A model generated the notes under the pieces. It searched no databases. It saw nothing but the letters and a program-made list of their open reading frames with translations, and was not told where the DNA came from. Positions 1 to 7,926 of a DNA stretch of 32,000 nt are shown one piece after another. Numbering within the stretch: position 1 is the first letter of the stretch; each line of letters opens with the position of its first letter. This DNA comes from Pseudodesulfovibrio piezophilus C1TLV30. Lineage in GTDB: Bacteria; Desulfobacterota; Desulfovibrionia; Desulfovibrionales; Desulfovibrionaceae. The position numbers and the translations under genes are program-made. The DNA lies in the NCBI RefSeq assembly GCF_000341895.1, contig NC_020409.1, positions 3,362,411 through 3,394,410 of the forward strand. The letters run 5' to 3'.

Positions 1-606
1 AAAGCCAAAGGCATTGTGATTCTGCCTGAGTGGGGAAGCGTCAGCTTTTTGTACTCATTGGGTGGCGGCAACGCTGTCATGCTGGTTCGGTCTGAGCAGG
101 GCTGGAGAGGGCCGCTCTTTTTTGCCAAAGGGGCTGGCGGTCTTGGGCTTCAAGCTGGGATAACCAAAACATCCGGCATCATTTTTTATATGAATGAAGA
201 GGATGTGCACTATGTCCTTGAAACCGGGGCTACTTTGCAGGGGCAGGCTTCGGTCATATTGATTGATAAGGAATACCAATTCAATCGGACTCCGGAATTT
301 TTCGAAAGTGGCGAGGTTGTTTTCGTCGGAGAGACTCAAGGTATGTATGCCGGAGTCAGTCTGTCCGGTGGTGGCTTGTCAACTCGCCAAGACCTCAACG
401 CAGCCTACCATGGAGTGGAAGATGGGAATCCCGAAGCAATTCTCTTCGGCACCAGTGTGCTCCCTGAAGGTGCGCGCACGCTCCTTGATCTGCTTGGCAC
501 GGCTGAATCTTCTGTATTGCGTGAGGATGATTCGATAAAAACGAAAAAGGACGAAACCGAAGTTTCGTCCTTGACGGGATCACTTGGGGTGAGTGATGGG
601 ACTTGA
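1..606 (+). CDS. SYLF/Ysc84-like (DUF500) lipid-binding domain protein, 5' end probably outside the window
   Basis: Frame 1 is open from base 1 (KAKGIVILPE...), so the GTG at 16 in the ORF track is probably internal. Glycine-rich blocks (GGGNAVMLV, GAGGLGLQAG, GMYAGVSLSGGG) resemble the Ysc84/SYLF fold. The last ~22 codons run through a minus-strand terminator hairpin and the 3' end of tRNA-His. Confidence 0.55.
   Translation, partial: KAKGIVILPEWGSVSFLYSLGGGNAVMLVRSEQGWRGPLFFAKGAGGLGLQAGITKTSGIIFYMNEEDVHYVLETGATLQGQASVILIDKEYQFNRTPEFFESGEVVFVGETQGMYAGVSLSGGGLSTRQDLNAAYHGVEDGNPEAILFGTSVLPEGARTLLDLLGTAESSVLREDDSIKTKKDETEVSSLTGSLGVSDGT
535..572 (-). terminator. Rho-independent terminator downstream of tRNA-His
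   Basis: An 11-bp perfect stem (547-557 aaggacgaaac with 562-572 gtttcgtcctt) has a 4-nt loop that reads UUCG on the minus strand. On that strand it is followed by TTTCGTTTTTAT. It sits 13 nt past the encoded CCA of tRNA-His. Confidence 0.7.
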
Positions 607-661
607 ACCCACGGCCACTTGGGCCACAACCAAGTGCTCTACCAACTGAGCTACACCCACC
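585..661 (-). tRNA. tRNA-His (anticodon GTG)
   Basis: The reverse complement reads G(-1) GTGGGTG TA GCTC AGTTGGTA GAGC A CTTGG TTGTGGC CCAAG ... GGGTTCAAGTCCC ... CACTCAC C CCA. The anticodon loop TTGTGGC gives GTG. The extra 5' G(-1) opposite C73 is the tRNA-His hallmark. CCA is encoded. Confidence 0.9.
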
Positions 662-674
662 GTGTGAGGGAAGT

Positions 675-703
675 TTACTAGCGAAGGATTCCTCTACGGT
701 CAA
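675..703 (-). promoter_or_regulatory. sigma70-type promoter for tRNA-His
   Basis: The minus strand reads TTGACC (703-698), a 17-nt spacer, then TAGTAA (680-675). The -10 ends 13 nt upstream of the tRNA 5' end. Confidence 0.45.
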
Positions 704-729
704 GTAAAAGAATAAGAAAAAGGTAACAC

Positions 730-1986
730 ATGGATAAACTTATTATTGAAGGTGGCATCCCATTACATGGGAAAATTCAGGTCAGTGGCGCGAAAAATGC
801 GGCTCTTCCCATTTTGATGGCCTGTCTTTTGGCAGAGGGAACGGTGCGTCTGAGCAATGTTCCCCGCTTGGCTGACATTCATACTTCTTTGAAATTATTA
901 AATATACTTGGATGTGAAACGAGCTTTGATGTCAATGAAGTGACATCGACCTGTACTGGGCTAAAGCCTGAAGCTCCTTATGAGCTGGTCAAGACCATGC
1001 GTGCATCGGTCTTGTGCCTTGGTCCTTTGCTTGCTCATCTGGGTGAGGCGAAAGTCGCCCTACCCGGAGGGTGCGCCATCGGCGCGCGGCCTGTGGATTT
1101 GCATCTGCGTGGTATGGAACGGATGGGAGCGACTTTTGAGATTACCGAGGGGTTCATCAACGGCCGGTGCCCCGGAGGTCTCAAGGGTGCTCATATTTCC
1201 CTCGATTTTCCCACGGTAGGTGGAACGGAAAATCTGATCATGGCCGCATGCCTGGCTGATGGGACCACCACACTGGAAAATGCCGCAAGGGAACCGGAAG
1301 TCGTTGATCTCGCCAATTTCCTTAATGCAATGGGTGCCAAAATATCCGGTCAGGGGACCAGCGTGATAACGATTGAAGGGGTGACTGCTCTGAAAGGGTG
1401 CGAGTATCGCGTTATGCCGGATCGGATTGAGGCTGGTACCTATATGGTCGCTGCGGCTATTACCGGTGGTGAGTTGGAGATTCAGGACTGCCCATACCTT
1501 GACCTCGATGCCGTGAATTCCAAATTGCGTGAAATGGGTGTCCTGGTTCAGGAAAAAGATGGGTATGTTCTGGTTCGCAGAGAGAATGGATTGCTGACCA
1601 ACGTCGATGTGACAACTTTGCCGCATCCCGGTTTTCCGACAGATATGCAGGCCCAACTCATGGCCTTGATGTGTTTTGGGCAGGGCACGGGGACTATTGA
1701 AGAAAAGATTTTCGAAAATAGATTCATGCATGTGCTGGAATTGGTTCGTCTCGGTGCGGATGTCCGTCTCAAAGGGCGGACTGCGATGGTTAAGGGAGTG
1801 GGTAAGCTCATGGGAGCGCCGGTCATGGCCTCAGACCTCCGGGCCAGTGCCTCGCTTGTTCTGGCGGGACTGGCAGCGAGTGGCAGCACGACAGTGGAAC
1901 GAATTTATCATCTTGACCGTGGGTATGAGAATATCGAGGAAAAGCTTTCCGGTGTGGGAGCCAGGATCAGGCGTGTCAATGGCTAG
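730..1986 (+). CDS. murA: UDP-N-acetylglucosamine 1-carboxyvinyltransferase
   Basis: 418 aa. The N-terminus [23 protein letters not shown] is typical of MurA, as are the active-site loop [15 protein letters not shown] (catalytic Cys) and the C-terminal [13 protein letters not shown]. Confidence 0.95.
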   Translation: MDKLIIEGGIPLHGKIQVSGAKNAALPILMACLLAEGTVRLSNVPRLADIHTSLKLLNILGCETSFDVNEVTSTCTGLKPEAPYELVKTMRASVLCLGPLLAHLGEAKVALPGGCAIGARPVDLHLRGMERMGATFEITEGFINGRCPGGLKGAHISLDFPTVGGTENLIMAACLADGTTTLENAAREPEVVDLANFLNAMGAKISGQGTSVITIEGVTALKGCEYRVMPDRIEAGTYMVAAAITGGELEIQDCPYLDLDAVNSKLREMGVLVQEKDGYVLVRRENGLLTNVDVTTLPHPGFPTDMQAQLMALMCFGQGTGTIEEKIFENRFMHVLELVRLGADVRLKGRTAMVKGVGKLMGAPVMASDLRASASLVLAGLAASGSTTVERIYHLDRGYENIEEKLSGVGARIRRVNG

Positions 1987-2109
1987 ATGAGCACCTGGGT
2001 TGAGACTCTCTGCTTGGGGAGGACGTGTCGTGGCAACAAAAGGGTTGTCCTTGATCGTTTCTCTGTTAAACTGGCTTTGCTTATGACATTATAATGGAGG
2101 ATATGTACT

Positions 2110-2265
2110 ATGGATAAATGGGAATGCCCTTGCGGTTACGTGTATGACCCTGCTGAAGGTGATCCGGAAAATAATATTGAGATAGGGACCAGCTTTGAGG
2201 ATTTGCCTGATGATTGGGTGTGCCCTCAGTGCGGTGCGGAAAAGGAATATTTCGAGAAAGTGTAA
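2110..2265 (+). CDS. Rubredoxin (51 aa, below the ORF-track size cutoff) with an atypical first Cys knuckle
   Basis: Manual translation gives [56 protein letters not shown] at 2097-2101 lies 8 nt before the ATG. The GYxYDP, GTxFxDLPxDW and CPxCG motifs are classical rubredoxin, but the first knuckle is C-P-C-G rather than C-x-x-C-G. Confidence 0.85.
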   Translation: MDKWECPCGYVYDPAEGDPENNIEIGTSFEDLPDDWVCPQCGAEKEYFEKV

Positions 2266-2325
2266 CCGCTTGTCCTTGGTGTGTGGCCCGTCTTGGGAGT
2301 GACCCAACAAGAGTGGAAAAAAAGC

Positions 2326-2353
2326 TTGCAAAACATCTTTGTGGGCGTATAAT
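2326..2353 (+). promoter_or_regulatory. Near-consensus sigma70 promoter with no downstream CDS
   Basis: TTGCAA (2326-2331), a 16-nt spacer, then TATAAT (2348-2353). The next plus-strand signal is the terminator at 2501-2532. Confidence 0.45.
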
Positions 2354-2359
2354 TGAATT

Positions 2360-2532
2360 AACAACAAAGGAATGTTTCGAATCAACGCCAAACCAACTTG
2401 AGATTCTCTGAATCGGTAGTGTTGTCAGGCAACATTGGAACAAACAGAACTCCTTTGGCTGAAGCCTTGGCTCTCGGCAACCATGAAAGAACTTCAAGAA
2501 AAAGCCCCCTTGTCAGGGGGCTTTCCTTTTTT
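2360..2532 (+). ncRNA. Candidate small RNA (~170 nt), family unknown
   Basis: It is bounded by the promoter above and a strong intrinsic terminator. Internal hairpin AGTGTTG-tcagg-CAACATT lies at about 2419-2437. Possible long-range pairing joins CAAAGGA (~2364) with TCCTTTG (~2451). The only ORFs run through the terminator into the convergent gene and have no SD. Confidence 0.35.
2501..2532. terminator. Bidirectional rho-independent terminator
   Basis: A 9-bp stem (AAAGCCCCC with GGGGGCTTT) has a 6-nt loop. A T-run follows on the plus strand (TTTCCTTTTTT) and on the minus strand (CTTTTTCTT). It lies 13 nt beyond the stop of the convergent methyltransferase gene. Confidence 0.8.
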
Positions 2533-2544
2533 CATGCAGAGTTT

Positions 2545-3237
2545 TTATTGGGTGATCACCACGGCGAGTTTGTGGTGGTCCCCTCGGGCTGCCACTATCT
2601 TCCATTGTCGGGAGCATGCGCATGTATAATGGTAGAATGCGGCATATTCATCGGCAGGACCGAAATCATCAAAGACGATTAATGTTCCTCGTTTGATAAA
2701 GGGGTCCATGGTCATCAGCACATAGAGACTTGAAGAACAGAGATCGGCATCGACATGGATGACCATTCTATTCTTTCGTTCATAATGGTGGAGGAATGGG
2801 ATGAGGGATTGATTGAAATATCCTTTGATAAACTGGCCTCGCGAGTCCGAAATACTGGGAGTCTGACCTTGTGTGGAAAAGTGGCCTTTCTCCATCCCCC
2901 CTGCGTGCCACTGTTCCGGGAGTCCTTCGAAACTGTCAAACCCGTAAAATCGTGAATCCGCGTGGGTGTTGACCTGCATCCATTGGCGAAAGCTATTGCC
3001 TTCAAAAACACCGAATTCGAAAAAATCGATAGGAGCATTGCGGACAATGGTTTTGTGGCTGTATTCGTAAAGAATTCTTCGGTCACGGTAATCATATTCC
3101 AGGAGAGGGTATTCGTATTCCTGTTCCTCGATCATTCTGCGGCGAAGGCAGGTATAATAACAGTTCTCCAGGGGCTGTGGATCATTGGTGCCTACAATGG
3201 TGATATTCTGCCTGGGGTGCTCGTGCGCACTGTGCAT
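2545..3237 (-). CDS. TylF/MycF-like class I SAM-dependent methyltransferase
   Basis: Motifs FEFGVFEGNS (SAM motif I-like), FYGFDSFEGLPE and IHVDADLCSSS match the macrocin-O-methyltransferase family pattern. I prefer the start at ATG 3237, which has GGAGG and a 6-nt spacer, over the ORF-track start at 3306. Confidence 0.6.
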   Translation of the reverse strand: MHSAHEHPRQNITIVGTNDPQPLENCYYTCLRRRMIEEQEYEYPLLEYDYRDRRILYEYSHKTIVRNAPIDFFEFGVFEGNSFRQWMQVNTHADSRFYGFDSFEGLPEQWHAGGMEKGHFSTQGQTPSISDSRGQFIKGYFNQSLIPFLHHYERKNRMVIHVDADLCSSSLYVLMTMDPFIKRGTLIVFDDFGPADEYAAFYHYTCACSRQWKIVAARGDHHKLAVVITQ

Positions 3238-3388
3238 GGAAAACCTCCGCGTCCTTGATGTGACATAAGTATGACATGTTTTTCTGTATCGTTTTGCATA
3301 TAGCAATCCGTATGCCAGTATAGTCGACGCGGAACGGAGCTTTCCTATAAGAAACCAGGATTGTAAATGAAATCGGCTATGAAGAGTT

Positions 3389-4282
3389 TTACGCTTTTGG
3401 GCTGGAAAATCTGGAGAGGAAAAAAAATGTCATCAATCCGGTGATGCTCCATATCAAAACTCCGGTCAGACCGCTCCCTCCACCAAGGAGTGGAGAGGTG
3501 TCCGGAAACAGCCATCCCCAGATCCCATATCCCTGGGCATTGGCTGCTGCATGGATAAAGGCAGCCAGTAGGGTGGATTTGTAATGAAGAGTCATCTCGT
3601 TGAGGAACAGTCCGAAGGCTATGCACAGCAGGCACATCAGGAATATTCCGGTCACTGGAAATCCGGGATAGTTGAAGCCCGCCCATATGAGCGGGGCATG
3701 CCATAGACCCCATATGATCCCCAGACAGAAGTGCGCCTTGATCCGCCCAAGCCCCATGAGTCGGGGGAGCAGAAAACCCCGCCATCCAATTTCTTCTCCG
3801 AGGCCGAAAGTGAAATTAATGAAAGGGCCGATAATGATAGACATGGGCAGCATGACTTCAAAAAGCGTTGAAACAGTTATTGATTCAGAACTGCCTGTGG
3901 CTTCTGTCAGGCCGCTCATGCTTATGTCCGGTGCTGTCAGTCCCAATGCCCAACTCAATCCATACATGGCAGCAAAAACAACAGGGATCAGGAATAGCGT
4001 CACCACGTATGGTGCTATTGAGGTGACTTTGAGCCACAAAGCTTCGGCGATTGAACCCAGGGGCGTGTGCTCGATGACCGTGGTTACAAAGAGTGCAGAG
4101 ACTCCAGGAATCCACATGACTGCAAGCAGGGCAATGGTCGGCGACAGTTGTATGAAGTCATTGTCAAACCGAACCCCGTTGCAGATGAGGGAAATCTCCA
4201 CGGCGTAGGTCATGCCAAATGTCAGGGCAAGAAACCATATGATCGGAACCAGTTGTGAATTTTTTTTCAGCGCGGTGCACAT
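3389..4282 (-). CDS. CPBP family (CAAX/Abi) intramembrane glutamic endopeptidase
   Basis: A polytopic hydrophobic protein carrying the three CPBP motifs: EEIGWRGFLLPRL (EExxxR), WGLWHAP (FxxxH-like) and FIHAAANA (HxxxN). Confidence 0.8.
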   Translation of the reverse strand: MCTALKKNSQLVPIIWFLALTFGMTYAVEISLICNGVRFDNDFIQLSPTIALLAVMWIPGVSALFVTTVIEHTPLGSIAEALWLKVTSIAPYVVTLFLIPVVFAAMYGLSWALGLTAPDISMSGLTEATGSSESITVSTLFEVMLPMSIIIGPFINFTFGLGEEIGWRGFLLPRLMGLGRIKAHFCLGIIWGLWHAPLIWAGFNYPGFPVTGIFLMCLLCIAFGLFLNEMTLHYKSTLLAAFIHAAANAQGYGIWGWLFPDTSPLLGGGSGLTGVLIWSITGLMTFFFLSRFSSPKA

Positions 4283-4354
4283 GGCGTTTTTCTTACCTGA
4301 CCGGCCGGAGTTCGTCTACTCAGGGGATCAATGGCATACTCTGGTCTGGTGAGG

Positions 4355-5527
4355 TCAGGGGATGGCATCCCACTTTTCGAGGGTCTCGAAATAGCGTGCT
4401 CTCGCCCTGTTCTCAATGTCCAGAAGGGTCGCAAAAGCTTCATTAAAATCGTGTGCTCCCGTCGTAAAGATTCCGTGTCCGTGGACAATGGCGGCCCCGG
4501 AAGCGAGTACGGCAGGGGGAAGAGTGTTACAGAGTCCTGTCGGGCCTGTACCGACCTCGCCGGGGACAATGGGAATGCCATCCATTGTTCGGCATTCCGT
4601 GCAGAGTACGTGACACTGTCCCTTGTTTGCACATGTCAGGCGATCACAGTCCATGGACATGATGACTGAAAATGGCGGATGTCCATGAAGAATACAGCGC
4701 GTTTTGGAAAGTCGGTAGATGTCTTCGTGTGCCGAGAGTTCGGAAGAAGCGGTCAATCCATGGGTTGTACTCCCGTCCATAGGGCATGGGTCAATGCATC
4801 CTTCGAGTTCATCGAGGGAGCTTCCTGTCTGGCTTATGTAGACTGTCTGCCCCAGCCTGTATGAAAGATTGCCGAAAAAGGAGTCAACCAACCCGTAGTC
4901 AACCACTGCTCGTCCTGCTTCCGTCATGGCGGCAAAAATGTTTTTTTCGGTATTTGGTCTTTCCACGAAAAGGTCTGGTGCGAGAGTTCTTGGTGGGCGT
5001 AGGAGGTTGACGACTGTTTTGAAAGAATCCCGGAAGGACTCATCGAGAGTCCCTTGCCTGGCCGCTTTCAGGTATTCGGAGAAAAAAAGGACAAAGCAGG
5101 CGAAAAGAGTTGATGAATAAAAGACAAAGCCTTGTTCCGGGCTGACCGTACCGCTGGAAATAAGTCCATGTCCCGGGATGATGACAGCCTTGCGTTTGCT
5201 CAGGGCAGTGGCAAGCGCTCTGGCCGAGAAGTCGCGACAAATCGGGATGTCGTGTAGGAATGTACGGGTTTCGGTATCTTCCGGGAAAATGGTTTCCTGA
5301 TGCCTGGTTGCCAGAAAATCGATGATGAGAGCATACGGTTCGGCCGGTTTGGCGAAAACCAGTGAGTTGATGGGCATGAGCGCAAAAAGTTTTGTCAGTT
5401 CGTCGCAGACTGGTGCTTGACGGTTCCATTCCAGCTCGGCATCTAGTCCGCCGATGATTGGGCTGCCGGGGAGACTGAGCCTTTGTGTTACCAATTTACG
5501 AGCGAATTTGTCACAGAGGGATTTCAT
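4355..5527 (-). CDS. Tandem class II aldolase/adducin-domain protein
   Basis: The C-terminal half has GNLSYR, SSELSAHEDIY, HGHPP (HxH metal site) and VHGHGIFTTG, as in FucA/MtnB-type enzymes. The N-terminal half keeps only IIPGHGLISSG. A Cys-rich insert (C293-x5-C-x5-C-x3-C-x2-C312) is present. The ATG overlaps the aor stop as ATGA. Confidence 0.6.
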   Translation of the reverse strand: MKSLCDKFARKLVTQRLSLPGSPIIGGLDAELEWNRQAPVCDELTKLFALMPINSLVFAKPAEPYALIIDFLATRHQETIFPEDTETRTFLHDIPICRDFSARALATALSKRKAVIIPGHGLISSGTVSPEQGFVFYSSTLFACFVLFFSEYLKAARQGTLDESFRDSFKTVVNLLRPPRTLAPDLFVERPNTEKNIFAAMTEAGRAVVDYGLVDSFFGNLSYRLGQTVYISQTGSSLDELEGCIDPCPMDGSTTHGLTASSELSAHEDIYRLSKTRCILHGHPPFSVIMSMDCDRLTCANKGQCHVLCTECRTMDGIPIVPGEVGTGPTGLCNTLPPAVLASGAAIVHGHGIFTTGAHDFNEAFATLLDIENRARARYFETLEKWDAIP

Positions 5528-7278
5528 TGCTTCAATTCCAGCCCAAGGGTGCGGGCCTTCATTTGCGTCGGCTTGCCATGATCATCCAGACCGCGAATGA
5601 AGTAGTATTTTCTGCGGGCTTCCAGAAAATCCTGCCTATCAAGAGGGGGGAGGGGAATGCCGCTGCCGGATGCTCCCGGCGTGGTAAAAAAACGGGGCGG
5701 CAGATCATCGTCGCAAACATCGAAACCGTTCAGGGTATGCATGATACGTTCATTGTAAAGAACACGCTCTCCGATTTCGCCAAACCCGCTTCCTGTCATC
5801 GGTACCCCGGTCACTGCCGTATATGCTGCGGCATATTCCTCAAGCCCTGCTGCCACAAAGGTGAATCGGCAGACCCCGAGAGAGTCGATAACAGCATTCT
5901 GATCTTCGGCTATCTTGATCATTCGGGCTTTGCCACTGAAGGAAAATCGATCTGTTGCCACTGGTTTGCGGAGGATTTCATGGCTGACGGGATATGCCCG
6001 TTGGTGGCAACCTCCGCGTGTGTTGATAGCATAGGCCAAGGCAATGCCGTAGGCTCCACGAGGATCGTAAGCTGGCAGTTCAAGTCCTTTGACCGTCATG
6101 GATATCGTTGCCTTGCCACAGGATTCGGCAAAATCCAATGAGCCGAGGCCAAGTGGTCCTCCATGCGCCATATCGTGAAGCGCTGTAAGCAAGGTACGTG
6201 GTGTGAAATTTTCCTGTGAGATTTCCCGGAAGCAGGCAAGTGTGCTCCCGGCTGAAAGAGGGTCCAGCCCCAGAGTGCGACAGAGTTCGTTGGCCTGCAT
6301 ACACGTCTCGATGTCCTCGTTGCCAAGAAGAGCGGTGAAATGGGACATGGCCTCGAAATCAGGGATGGCTCTACCGTCTTTCGCGACTCTTTTACAACGG
6401 ATGTGGCACCCTGCACAGCCGTGTGCTTGTGGTGCATACAAGCGGTGGTACGCAGCTGCGTTGAGGTCCTGTGCGTGGGGGGATCTGGTCGCTCTGAAAT
6501 TGTCCGTGGGCATCATGCATCGGGCATCAATGAGGTCATAAAGAGCTGCTGTTCCATGATTGGCGATACCATGTTTTCCCAGGAGGAATGGAGATGCGGC
6601 AGTGAGTCGAATAATATTGTCACACGCAGTTTGCAACGCCTGTGTGTCATGGACCGAAACTGTTCCGGTTCCCGTAACGGAGAGGTATTTAAGATTCTTG
6701 GCAGCCCAGATAGCCCCGAGTCCACCCCGTCCCGCGGAATGGAAACGGTCGACGAGAACGGAGGCTATTCTCGCCCCATTCTCAGCGGCGGGTCCGATGA
6801 CCGCCACTGATGTCGATGTGTCATGTTGCAGATGAGAACAAACATGATCGCATGATTCGCCCCAGAACTCCGTGTCTCTGATGAGGACGGTATCATCCCG
6901 GATTTCTATGCCGCAGGGGATGTCGCTTTTTCCGGTGATCACAAGACCATCCCACCCCGCCTGCTTGAGCCGAGTAGCCAGATTCCCGCCCACGGAACAG
7001 TCAAAAACTCCACCGGTGAGAGGGGAGCGGGACATTATTGTCCCACGACCGGAGGTAGGCGTCATGGTGCCGGACAGTGGGCCGGTAAAAATGAGGATGG
7101 GAAGGTCGGGGTGATCCGGCTCACATGTGCAGGCCGATCGCATGAAATATCCGGCCAGTCCCCTGCCTCCAAGGCATCGCTCGTAGAGCGTTTGGGCTGG
7201 GTACTGAATGACTGATTGCCATGTGTTCAGGTCGAGATGGAGAACCTTGCCGGTCCATCCGCTAAGGGAGCTTCTCAT
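5524..7278 (-). CDS. aor: Aldehyde:ferredoxin oxidoreductase family (tungstopterin) enzyme
   Basis: 584 aa. The N-terminus ...GWTGKVLHLDLN..., GGRGLAGYF, and the Cys-containing central region (HGCAGCHIRCKR) are typical of the AOR family. Confidence 0.85.
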   Translation of the reverse strand: MRSSLSGWTGKVLHLDLNTWQSVIQYPAQTLYERCLGGRGLAGYFMRSACTCEPDHPDLPILIFTGPLSGTMTPTSGRGTIMSRSPLTGGVFDCSVGGNLATRLKQAGWDGLVITGKSDIPCGIEIRDDTVLIRDTEFWGESCDHVCSHLQHDTSTSVAVIGPAAENGARIASVLVDRFHSAGRGGLGAIWAAKNLKYLSVTGTGTVSVHDTQALQTACDNIIRLTAASPFLLGKHGIANHGTAALYDLIDARCMMPTDNFRATRSPHAQDLNAAAYHRLYAPQAHGCAGCHIRCKRVAKDGRAIPDFEAMSHFTALLGNEDIETCMQANELCRTLGLDPLSAGSTLACFREISQENFTPRTLLTALHDMAHGGPLGLGSLDFAESCGKATISMTVKGLELPAYDPRGAYGIALAYAINTRGGCHQRAYPVSHEILRKPVATDRFSFSGKARMIKIAEDQNAVIDSLGVCRFTFVAAGLEEYAAAYTAVTGVPMTGSGFGEIGERVLYNERIMHTLNGFDVCDDDLPPRFFTTPGASGSGIPLPPLDRQDFLEARRKYYFIRGLDDHGKPTQMKARTLGLELKQ

Positions 7279-7364
7279 GACGGAAGATTCCCATGAACCC
7301 TTTGAAAAGGCAACAGGTTGACCCGGTGAATGAAATGGGTATTCTGGCGCACCGGAGGTGCCTC

Positions 7365-7892
7365 ATGGCAAAGAAGATAGACAAGTCCCGTCGTAATTTC
7401 CTGTTCGGAGCCGTACGGCGCATCAAGAATGAAAAGTCCGATGGTCCCACGGCTTCGACCGCCGAGGCTGTAGATACCATCAAGCAGGCCAATGCTCTGT
7501 ATGTTGACGGGCAGTGGGAACACGCCCGCCTTAAATACAAGGAATGCATCGAATGTGATAAGAATGATGCAGATGTTCGCTACCGATGTGGAGTGTGTCT
7601 GTACAAGGTCGGCAAATACCGCCAGGCAAAGCTGGAATTCGAGCGAACTCTTCGAATCCAGAGGGAATACAAGGACGCACTTCTCTATCTTGGGCTGACG
7701 CTTGTCCGCCTTGAAAGGCCGGAAAAGGCTACCGCTTTATGGAGGCAATATTTTAATCCTCAGGCCGTGCCGGTGCAGCGAGAATTGAACTTGCAGCTCG
7801 GTATGATGGAGCAGGGAATCCTTGATCCGCCTGAAACCATCGCTCTTGCCGTGGAAAAAGCCATTGACGAGGCTGGGGATGGCGTCGGCTGA
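7365..7892 (+). CDS. TPR-repeat protein with a twin-arginine-like N-terminal motif
   Basis: ATG 7365 is preceded by GGAGG (7354-7358) with a 6-nt spacer. The N-terminus is MAKKIDKSRRNFLFGAVRR. TPR-like repeats follow (ANALYVDGQWEHARLKYKECIE, GVCLYKVGKYRQAKLEFERTLRI). Confidence 0.6.
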   Translation: MAKKIDKSRRNFLFGAVRRIKNEKSDGPTASTAEAVDTIKQANALYVDGQWEHARLKYKECIECDKNDADVRYRCGVCLYKVGKYRQAKLEFERTLRIQREYKDALLYLGLTLVRLERPEKATALWRQYFNPQAVPVQRELNLQLGMMEQGILDPPETIALAVEKAIDEAGDGVG

Positions 7893-7926
7893 GTCTTTTT
7901 CATACCAGAAGGAATCAAGGAGTGAA

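Noticed and set aside
2089-2094. A perfect TATAAT just upstream of the rubredoxin gene.
   Set aside because: It sits 2 nt before the SD, so a transcript from it would lack the ribosome-binding site. There is no convincing -35. It is probably just part of an A/T-rich SD context.
2398-2682. ORFs 2398..2682 and 2435..2629 in the rubredoxin/methyltransferase intergenic region.
   Set aside because: They have no SD, they traverse a strong bidirectional terminator, they overlap the convergent methyltransferase CDS, and their translations look like nonsense.
3253-3270. Direct repeat ATGTCA-TACTT-ATGTCA (minus strand) just upstream of the methyltransferase SD, a possible response-regulator site.
   Set aside because: Two 6-mers alone are expected by chance, and there is no supporting promoter call.
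7307-7324. A possible sigma54 -24/-12 element (GGGTCA-ACCTG-TTGC on the minus strand) ~30 nt upstream of aor.
   Set aside because: Only the GG, the spacing and TTGC match, and the -24 hexamer is poor. That is not enough to call it without a PWM score or RpoN data.
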